From the NCBI GenBank assembly GCA_016929465.1, contig JAFGIT010000203.1, positions 1-29,818 on the forward strand: a stretch of 29,818 nucleotides of DNA, given 5' to 3'. Each line of letters begins with the position of its first letter. The stretch's first letter is position 1. Of the stretch, positions 8,335 to 15,254 are shown one piece after another. A model generated the notes under the pieces. It was not told the DNA's origin. It did not search any database and saw only the letters and a program-made list of their open reading frames with translations. This stretch comes from Candidatus Coatesbacteria bacterium. Lineage in GTDB: Bacteria > B130-G9. A program made the position numbers and the translations under genes.

Positions 8335-10992
8335 CTACTCGACTGAGAATAGAGCCTCAGCGATTCTGATGAACTCTTTGTGACCCTCGCATGCGACCGC
8401 AGCTATAAACAAATAATCGCCGTCTGGAAGCCCGTCTGGAATCTGTATCTGGGCGACCAATTCAGGGCCGAAGGCGTAGCGCTCTGGTAGATAAGAGCCC
8501 CGGTGCCAGGGGTAGATGCCGGCGGACCAACCATCGCCGACGCACGAAAAGACAAAGCCGTCCGGCAGCACGAATGCGAGGTAGATATCTGCGTAAAAAG
8601 CCGGCCCAGGATTCTCGAGCAGAATTCCCGCCTCGAGAGGGTCACCGGGGGCATACTCAAATGCGCTAGTAAAGCAACCAAGGGCGATCTGCGGAAGCGG
8701 ATAGTGGTAGCCAATGTCGCAACGTCCCTCGTCCGGCAAATTGTCGGTTCTCGTTGTCATATCGGACAGCTCCAAGAGGTCAACGTTACCCCAGCCGGCG
8801 TCGATGCAGGGGCTATCCGCATCCTGCCCGGCTTCGATGCTCGAGAGGTAGTAGTCACCAAACGGGCCCTCCGCGAAGAACGGATCGGCATCGATATTGC
8901 CCTCACCCTCGTGACCTCCCTCGACGCATGAGTAGAGAATCTGATAGTTCTCCCCGGCTGCTGCCTGACCAGTACTCCAGAAGAGCGAATTGAGGATCAA
9001 CGTGTCGCTTCCTCCGACATCTATGGCCAGATTTCCTGTCTCGATGTCAGCGATCGTAACTCCGCAGATTATGACCTCGTCGTTGCCGGGCGCATATATC
9101 GCTGACGCCCCGAATAGCCCTGCGCTCGATATCATCAGGCTGTTCTCGATCTGAAGCAGGTCCGAGCCATAGCAATATATCGCGCCGCCCGTGTTGCTGG
9201 CGACGTTCTCTGCGAAGTAGCTATTCCTGATGATGAGTGAATTCGCTCGCTCACAGCATATCCCCGCACCCCCAACAGAGAACCAGCATGTGTTGGATAT
9301 GAATTCACAGTTCTCGATGAGAATATCCCCGCAGTCGTCAGCATAAAATGCCGACCCGGCATCACCGAACACGCAGTCGGAGAATCTGCATCCCGATAGG
9401 AATAGGTTAGAGTTCTCCGCCCAGAGCCCATGTCCTGAACCGGAGCCCTCGTATGTGTTTCCCGTGATTGAGAGCCGAGAAACGGAGATGCTGTCTTGTT
9501 TAGATATGGAAAGGGCGTGGTCAGCTTCGTCGGATGGCTCCATTCTGATCAGCGTGTTGTCTCTCGATTCGCCAATCAACTCGAATGCCGCATCAATCTC
9601 CGGAAACTCGAGTGGGAATCGCTCATTATTCGTCGTCGAGGAGTAGATGCCTGGTGCAAGCGTGATGCGGATTGTCTCCGATTCCTCGACTTCTTCTGCT
9701 GCTTCGAGCGCATGCGAGATGGTCCTGAAAGCCTCCGTTGGGGAAACGCCGGACCGGTAGTCGCTGCCTTCGACAGCATCTACGAATATCTCGAGCACAT
9801 CTCGCCTGGGAACGTAATGGTAACCCATATCGACAACGCCCGAATCGAGCAAGGCGTCCGTACGGGTCGTGAGGACATCGAGTCCGAATTCAGAGGAGGA
9901 CCCAAGACCTGAATCGACGCATGGGCTATCCATCGTTTGTCCCGCCGCCATGCAGGAAAGATAGCATTTGCCCAGTGGGCCGATCGTGAACCTCGGGTCC
10001 TCCGAAATATTGCCCTCACCCTCGCGGCCGTCCTCTACACAGGAGTAGCTGACGCTAACCAATCCAACTTCTTGGAATATAGCATTCTCACCATTGCCCC
10101 ACAAGATCGAGTTAGTTATGTTGACCTGCGTGTCATTGGCATGGATGACGGAGCCGTTTTCACCAGAGTTATCGGCGAAAGTGCAGTTCTCGAAGGTCAT
10201 CGGTTCACAGTTTGTGCAGTAGATGACTCCGCCCATCGGGGAAGAATTCTCATAAAACAAGCAGTTGCGAAATGACATCGCCGGGCCGTTGCCCACGGAG
10301 AGCACTCCACCAGAGATTGTGGCGTGGTTATTGCTGAAGATACAGTCCTGAATGGTCGGCGCCACGTCGCCTCCGATACCAAGAGCACCGCCCCCGCCGG
10401 TGTGGCCAATGAAGACGCAAGACCGAATTGCGCCGCTATTCCCCAAATGGACGGCGCCGCCCTCCTCAATCCTCATGCTGTTGTCGAATGTGCAGTCGCT
10501 GATCAGATAATCTGGGCCGTCGGCAATAACGCAGAGATTGTTGTTGATGAAGAGGCAATTGCTGATGACTTTGCCGGAGTAATTCGCTATCAGGGCAAAG
10601 GGAGAACCGTTGGTAAAAGTCATATTCGCCGCTCGAGCTGGATACTCCGATCCAAGTGAAATCAGGACGCTGCCCTCCTTGCCGCCATCGAGGACAACCG
10701 AGTCGCGACCCGCCCCGACGATCAAGACATAGCCGGGCACCTCGATAGGGAATTTCTCCCCGTTCGTCTCCTCGGAATAAATGCCGGTTGCCACGTAAAT
10801 CGTGGCAGGCTCCTCACCGGAGGCCTGCACCATCTCAACGGCGTGCGCGATGGTCTCAAAAGCTACGGCGGGACTAAGCCCGCTGTTGCGATCATTGCCA
10901 TTGACCGCGTCAACGTAGTAGTCCGCTGCGACGCTTGTGCCCCCAATCAGCAGAACCAACACAAAGACCAGAGCCGCTGATGGTCTGATCAT
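8335..10992 (-). CDS. Secreted protein with two DUF1565 / right-handed beta-helix (pectin-lyase-like) modules and a C-terminal domain, about 885 aa
   Basis: Signal peptide MIRPSAALVFVLVLLIGGTSVA. Two YVDA..G.D...G.SP..AF.TI.HA starts, beta-helix rungs (I.NC.F..N...GG) and duplicated EGEGNI..DP.F...DSPC.D.G...TTRTD...D.GYHY. ATG 10992 has SD GGGAGG at 8 nt, better than the listed 11043. Confidence 0.8.
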   Translation of the reverse strand: MIRPSAALVFVLVLLIGGTSVAADYYVDAVNGNDRNSGLSPAVAFETIAHAVEMVQASGEEPATIYVATGIYSEETNGEKFPIEVPGYVLIVGAGRDSVVLDGGKEGSVLISLGSEYPARAANMTFTNGSPFALIANYSGKVISNCLFINNNLCVIADGPDYLISDCTFDNSMRIEEGGAVHLGNSGAIRSCVFIGHTGGGGALGIGGDVAPTIQDCIFSNNHATISGGVLSVGNGPAMSFRNCLFYENSSPMGGVIYCTNCEPMTFENCTFADNSGENGSVIHANDTQVNITNSILWGNGENAIFQEVGLVSVSYSCVEDGREGEGNISEDPRFTIGPLGKCYLSCMAAGQTMDSPCVDSGLGSSSEFGLDVLTTRTDALLDSGVVDMGYHYVPRRDVLEIFVDAVEGSDYRSGVSPTEAFRTISHALEAAEEVEESETIRITLAPGIYSSTTNNERFPLEFPEIDAAFELIGESRDNTLIRMEPSDEADHALSISKQDSISVSRLSITGNTYEGSGSGHGLWAENSNLFLSGCRFSDCVFGDAGSAFYADDCGDILIENCEFISNTCWFSVGGAGICCERANSLIIRNSYFAENVASNTGGAIYCYGSDLLQIENSLMISSAGLFGASAIYAPGNDEVIICGVTIADIETGNLAIDVGGSDTLILNSLFWSTGQAAAGENYQILYSCVEGGHEGEGNIDADPFFAEGPFGDYYLSSIEAGQDADSPCIDAGWGNVDLLELSDMTTRTDNLPDEGRCDIGYHYPLPQIALGCFTSAFEYAPGDPLEAGILLENPGPAFYADIYLAFVLPDGFVFSCVGDGWSAGIYPWHRGSYLPERYAFGPELVAQIQIPDGLPDGDYLFIAAVACEGHKEFIRIAEALFSVE

Positions 10993-11061
10993 GCTATTCG
11001 CCTCCCTTCGGAATAGAGGTCTCAAACATTCAAAAAAACGCATAATCCCTGATCTAATTTA

Positions 11062-11077
11062 AGCAATATTCGTGCCA
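11062..11077 (-). promoter_or_regulatory. Sigma54 (-24/-12) promoter for the beta-helix gene
   Basis: Minus strand TGGCAC-GAATA-TTGCT, a full match to TGGCAC-N5-TTGC(A/T), about 70 nt upstream of the ATG. Confidence 0.75.
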
Positions 11078-11185
11078 TTTGCCGGGGAATATCTGCCACC
11101 AACAGCACATACCGCTCTGTGAAGCGATCTACGCGGATGATTCCAGACTTGGGCGGACGCAATGACAGCTGGGCCATCCACCGAA

Positions 11186-11278
11186 GTGGGTCAATTTTTG
11201 ACCCACCCCGCTCTATCTAATTGCTTTATGGCGGCTATATAGCCTGCCAGTCAGCTGGGTCAATTTTTGACCCACCCC
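11186..11278. repeat. Two identical 23-bp palindrome-containing direct repeats (TGGGTCAATTTTTGACCCACCCC)
   Basis: Copies at 11187-11209 and 11256-11278 (69-bp period). Core TGGGTCAA-TTT-TTGACCCA; a partial TTTGATCCACCC follows at 11279-11290. Confidence 0.9.
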
Positions 11279-11426
11279 TTTGATCCACCCATACACGAAT
11301 TCGTAGTGCATCCATCTTTGAGTAGGATAGAGCTGGAATGCCAGATCCTCAATCTCACTTGGGAATGGTCAAGGGCGAGAGCCGTTCATTCGCCGCATTT
11401 GGACTTGACCTATGCCCCTTGCTATC

Positions 11427-11435
11427 TGTTACACT
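11427..11435 (+). promoter_or_regulatory. Possible extended -10 promoter for the tRNA
   Basis: TG-T-TACACT; a TTGACC at 11405-11410 is 19 nt upstream (suboptimal spacing). Confidence 0.3.
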
Positions 11436-11530
11436 TTCGGCTGGTTGAGATCCTTGCACTATTGCCCGGCTGCTCTTTGAGAGCCGCTGTGTGGTCGGTG
11501 GCCCGATTTTCGACCGCATTTCTTGCACAT

Positions 11531-11606
11531 GCGCCTGTAGCTCAGGGGATAGAGCACTGGCCTCCGGAGCCAGGTGTCGCGCGTTCGAATCGCGCCAGGC
11601 GCGCCA
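11531..11606 (+). tRNA. tRNA-Arg (anticodon CCG)
   Basis: 76 nt. Acceptor GCGCCTG/CAGGCGC, D-arm GCTC..GAGC, anticodon stem CTGGC/GCCAG with loop CTCCGGA (CCG at 11564-11566), T-arm GCGCG-TTCGAAT-CGCGC, discriminator G and encoded CCA. Confidence 0.97.
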
Positions 11607-11869
11607 ATCCCGAGGAATTCACCGTAGCAACGGAGAAGCCATTCTGTGCTTCTGCTCTTCCATCCGTAAATGGCTGGAGCTGGCGTCGCCTACGGGGCAA
11701 AGGAAGATATGACCATCCCGTCAAATCTCCTCCGAGACAAACGTCTCTTTTCCCATTGCGGTCTCAAGACGCCATAGTGAGCTGGGCTTGTCCGAAGAGG
11801 AACCACCGGAATACCATCTGAAATAAAACATGAAACTCCGGAGGCTGTCCAATAAATCGAAATGTGTGG

Positions 11870-11976
11870 TTGTAGGGGCGATTCACGAATCGCCCAATCT
11901 CTATTGATTTCCTTTCCAGATTGCCTTGAATACGGCGCTGCGGCCCTCAAGGGCGGTTCGTGAACCGCCCCTACAA
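11870..11976. repeat. Inverted REP doublet (REPIN-like)
   Basis: TTGTAGGGGCGATTCACGAATCGCCC (11870-11895, +) and TTGTAGGGGCGGTTCACGAACCGCCC (11951-11976, -): GTAG tetranucleotide plus palindrome, 55-nt spacer. Confidence 0.85.
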
Positions 11977-12023
11977 GGCGGATTTCAACGAATCCGATTC
12001 GAATGATATTGGCCTGGCTGAAA

Positions 12024-12052
12024 TTGACAATCTGTCGGGATTCTGATAAAAT
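12024..12052 (+). promoter_or_regulatory. Near-consensus sigma70 promoter inside the element, pointing outward
   Basis: TTGACA-N17-TAAAAT with extended -10 TG (12044-12045). Confidence 0.65.
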
Positions 12053-12139
12053 TATTGTGTGAACATGAAGCAAAAAACTCGCCAAGCTTTAGACAGCCAC
12101 TCCGATCGGGTGTGACTCCTACGATACCGATTGGGCCTA

Positions 12140-12928
12140 TCACACCCACCCTCTCTTCTCCCCACATAGCACCATGCGGAAGCTGTCCGACTGGTAAGGT
12201 CTGTCCATCGAGTTATCTCCGAGAGCGATGGTGACATCGAGCCCGGATCTTGCGAGCAATGAGGTCAACTCATCACGAGTGTAAAGCCTCACCCAGCCGC
12301 GGGAGTGGTGAAACTTGTGCTCACGCCAACGATATGAATGGACGTCGGTAGTCAGCCGTGACTCCTTCGCGTCGAAGAAGAACCTATAAAACGCTGCGCC
12401 TCCGCCGTCGAGCTGATACTTGTGGCAGGGGCAATGCGAGGCCGCCCATCCGGCGTTAATCACGCCAATCACGAACTTCCCGCCGGGGGTCAGCACTCGC
12501 GAGAGCTCGGAGAGCATCCGCTCATTCGCCATATCCGTCTCCTGGTATCCGAGACCACCCTCGGCCATCACTATGACGCACCCAAAGGACCCTTCGGCAA
12601 AGGGGAGTGCTGCCACGTCGGCTGTAGAGAATTCTGCCCTGATCCCAGACGATGCTGCGCACTTCCTTCCGAGTCGGGGGAGGATGTGTGAAACGTCAAC
12701 GCCGATGACGCGAAATCCCGCTACGGCCAACAGCAGGCTATGCCGGCCGAAGCCACAGCCGGCGTCCAGCAGACTCCTGCCTGCACCAACGCCGAGAACA
12801 TCAACTAAAAAACCAACCTCTCGCCGGGTTATCTCTGGCTTGGCCCAGGGGGCATACAACGTTCCCTCGCCCAACCTGTCCAGTTCCTTCTTCCACCAGC
12901 CCGGCCTGATCCCGTTCGGTAGGGCCAT
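12140..12928 (-). CDS. Class I SAM-dependent methyltransferase, 262 aa
   Basis: Motif I LLDAGCGFGRH, post-I VIGVDVS, ADVAALPFAEGSFGCVI and VLTPGGKFVI. Confidence 0.88.
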   Translation of the reverse strand: MALPNGIRPGWWKKELDRLGEGTLYAPWAKPEITRREVGFLVDVLGVGAGRSLLDAGCGFGRHSLLLAVAGFRVIGVDVSHILPRLGRKCAASSGIRAEFSTADVAALPFAEGSFGCVIVMAEGGLGYQETDMANERMLSELSRVLTPGGKFVIGVINAGWAASHCPCHKYQLDGGGAAFYRFFFDAKESRLTTDVHSYRWREHKFHHSRGWVRLYTRDELTSLLARSGLDVTIALGDNSMDRPYQSDSFRMVLCGEKRGWV

Positions 12929-12976
12929 TTCCGGACAACCTTGTCACGACCGTATTAAAATGAATTATTGCTGTGA

Positions 12977-13005
12977 ATTGTGAATAACCATATATCCTAT
13001 GTCAA
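12977..13005 (-). promoter_or_regulatory. Putative sigma70 promoter for the methyltransferase
   Basis: Minus strand TTGACA-N17-CACAAT in an AT-rich tract. Confidence 0.4.
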
Positions 13006-13152
13006 TAGCTATTCAGCCGTCCGGCGAAATGAGACGGCGGGAGAGCTGCCGCATAGGAGTGATTCACTGATTGGTGGAGGGCTTTGGAAGGGACTTACTG
13101 CGATAGACGAGCCTTGCACTCTCAAGAGCTGCCCTGGACGCCGCTCTTCGCG

Positions 13153-14559
13153 TTAGTCCTTCATCCTCATCAGCATGAGGGCTGCCGAGGCAGCCTTGGA
13201 AAGGTCCTGCCAGGACCTCATCTTCTTCAGACGATGTATGAAAAACGCCGGACGGAGGTAGAACTTCTTGTAGGCCTTCTTCGCCCACAAGTCAGCATCC
13301 TTTACGAAGAAGGGCAGCTTCTCGTTCGTCTCGCCAAGCGTGAAATCGCGCCAATAGTCGGTCTTGATCAGTCCCCCTTGCCGCGCCAGCTCATAGAGGT
13401 GCGTGCTCGGATGAGCAACCGTGGCCGTGAACATCGCCATGTCTGGCTTCAGGGCAATCGCAAATTGGATCGTCTCCTTGATCGTCTCCAGCGTCTCAGT
13501 CGGATAACCGATCATGAAGTAGGCAAACGCCTCTATCCCTGCCGCCTGGGTCATGCGAAATACCCTCCTAACCTGCTCGAGAGATGTTTTCTTCCGCATA
13601 AGCTCCAGAATCCTTGGAACGCCTGACTCAACACCGTAGCGGAGACGCGAACAGCCGGCCTCGGCTATCTTGGCGAGTATCTCCTCATCAACGAGGTCCA
13701 CCCTCGTCGGTGTCTCCCACTTAATCTTGAGACCACGCCGGATGATCTCGTCAGATATCTCGATGATGCGGTCTTTTTTCAGCGTCATCACCGTGTCGTA
13801 GAACATCACCTCGCGGACGCCGTAGTCCTTGACGACTTGCTCTATCTCATCGACAACCATCTTGGCGGAGCGAAACCTGAGTTTATTGTCCCAGGGAAAT
13901 TTCGCGCAAAAGCCGCAATGGAATGGGCATCCGCGGGAGCTGATCATCGTCGTCATCGGATCGAGCGCGACCGCTGATGAGTACATCTCGTGGTGGATGA
14001 GGTCTCTTGCTGGGACAGGCAGGGCGTCTATGTCATCCACGATTCTCTCGGGATTTATGTGCACATTTCCATTCGTTTTGTATGCGAGCCCCTCAATTCC
14101 CGAGTAGTCGGTCCCCGAGCTCAGTGCCTCTGCGAGCTCGACCATGGGGTACTCACCCTCACCGACCACCCCAAAGTCGATGCAATCGTGGGAAAGAGTC
14201 TCGTTGGGATAAATCGAAAGCTGCGGGCCGCCCATCACGACCATTGCACCGGTCTCCTTCGCGACCTTGGCCGCAGCGAGCGCGCTCTTGAAGGTCGGGG
14301 TCATGGTCGATATGCCCACCAGATCGGGCTGTTTCTCCTTCAGGACCTCTCCAAGTGCCTGGACGCTCAGGTTCTCAACGTAATTGTCGAGTATCTCGAC
14401 CTCGTCATTGCGCTCCCGTTTGAGCATCGAGGCTATGTACATTAGCCCGAGTGGAGGAAACTCACCGCGCACCTTCTCCATCTCTGTGGCGAGCGCGGTG
14501 TTGACCATCTCCACTTCGCGGTTGTGGTTCTGAAGAAGAATTATTTTCAACTTATTCAA
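13153..14559 (-). CDS. Cobalamin-binding radical SAM protein, 468 aa
   Basis: N-terminal B12-binding domain (FPPLGLMYIAS, DLVGIS, VVMGGP, VVGEGE), SRGCPFHCGFC (CxxxCxxC), YGVESG and FMIGYPTE. Confidence 0.92.
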   Translation of the reverse strand: MNKLKIILLQNHNREVEMVNTALATEMEKVRGEFPPLGLMYIASMLKRERNDEVEILDNYVENLSVQALGEVLKEKQPDLVGISTMTPTFKSALAAAKVAKETGAMVVMGGPQLSIYPNETLSHDCIDFGVVGEGEYPMVELAEALSSGTDYSGIEGLAYKTNGNVHINPERIVDDIDALPVPARDLIHHEMYSSAVALDPMTTMISSRGCPFHCGFCAKFPWDNKLRFRSAKMVVDEIEQVVKDYGVREVMFYDTVMTLKKDRIIEISDEIIRRGLKIKWETPTRVDLVDEEILAKIAEAGCSRLRYGVESGVPRILELMRKKTSLEQVRRVFRMTQAAGIEAFAYFMIGYPTETLETIKETIQFAIALKPDMAMFTATVAHPSTHLYELARQGGLIKTDYWRDFTLGETNEKLPFFVKDADLWAKKAYKKFYLRPAFFIHRLKKMRSWQDLSKAASAALMLMRMKD

Positions 14560-14616
14560 CCCTTTCAGAGCAAGTCAGATGCTCCGCCTTATGCAAGCCG
14601 CCCCTCGCCGGTAATA

Positions 14617-15231
14617 TCAATTCCCACAGCAGCAGGCTCTTTTACTGGTGTGGCTGTGCCCCGCGTCATACTCCGCTATCCGCTCCTTGAGGACCATGAA
14701 TATTATGTGGTTCAGCATCGCATGGATATCCTCTATCTGCTGCATGTGATCGCTCGGGACGAGAATGTGCACCTTCGCCACATCCTTCGCCTCGCCACCG
14801 CTCTTTCCTGAGAATAGTATTGAGGTTGCGCCCAGTTCATTTGCCGTCCTGAATGCGTTGATCACGTTGGGCGACATTCCGGAGAAGCTGAGTCCCAGCG
14901 CCACATCGCCAGGCTGGACGAAATTCTTGAGCTGTTCCCCGAATGTGTTCCTGTAGTCAGTGTCATTGGCCCAAGCCGTAATAAGCGGAGCGTTATCCGA
15001 AAGACACATCGCCTTGAACCGACGCCTATTCGGCGCTGCGGTCCCCTTCGCTGCATCGCACGCTATGTGCGAGGCAGTGGCTGCGCTTCCACCATTGCCG
15101 AATACAAATAGGCACCTATCGTTCTTGTATGCCTCGAATATGATATCGACGACCTCCTGTACCTTCTCCACAGGAATGTTGCTGATCGTCTCCTTTATTT
15201 GCTCAAAATAGGCATTTATAAAATCAAGCAT
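14617..15231 (-). CDS. SIS-domain sugar-phosphate isomerase, GmhA (phosphoheptose isomerase)-like, 204 aa
   Basis: GNGGSAATASH, TAWAND, GDVALGLSFSGMSPNV and IEDIH motifs. SD AGGAG. Active-site residues differ from canonical GmhA, so no symbol is given. Confidence 0.8.
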   Translation of the reverse strand: MLDFINAYFEQIKETISNIPVEKVQEVVDIIFEAYKNDRCLFVFGNGGSAATASHIACDAAKGTAAPNRRRFKAMCLSDNAPLITAWANDTDYRNTFGEQLKNFVQPGDVALGLSFSGMSPNVINAFRTANELGATSILFSGKSGGEAKDVAKVHILVPSDHMQQIEDIHAMLNHIIFMVLKERIAEYDAGHSHTSKRACCCGN

Positions 15232-15254
15232 GATTGTCTCCTAATCTCTTACCA

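Larger units (their letters stand above)
11841..12100. mobile_element. Putative MITE-like non-autonomous element (260 bp) containing a REP doublet
   Basis: Ends GAGGCTGTCCAA / TTAGACAGCCAC are a 10/12 inverted match; TCCG direct repeat flanks both sides (11837-11840, 12101-12104). No transposase. Confidence 0.5.

Noticed and set aside
10993-11043. Longer N-termini given by the ORF track (11043, and likewise 16877, 24600, 24772, 26398, 3098, 2649)
   Set aside because: Downstream starts have better SD sequences, gene-overlap coupling or family-typical N-termini; the 11043 start would lie only about 8 nt from the predicted sigma54 TSS.
11187-11278. 23-bp repeats with a 46-bp spacer as a CRISPR mini-array
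   Set aside because: Only two copies; no matching repeat one period up- or downstream; no cas genes in the window.
11531-11840. tRNA-Arg as attachment site of a prophage or genomic island
   Set aside because: No integrase, and I did not see a repeat of the tRNA 3' end elsewhere in the window (manual inspection, not exhaustive).
11267-12085. ORFs 11267..11821 (+) and 11690..12085 (-)
   Set aside because: They overlap the tRNA or are translations of the REP palindromes (VGAVHEPP, AIRESPLQ); no protein-like features and no transposase motifs.
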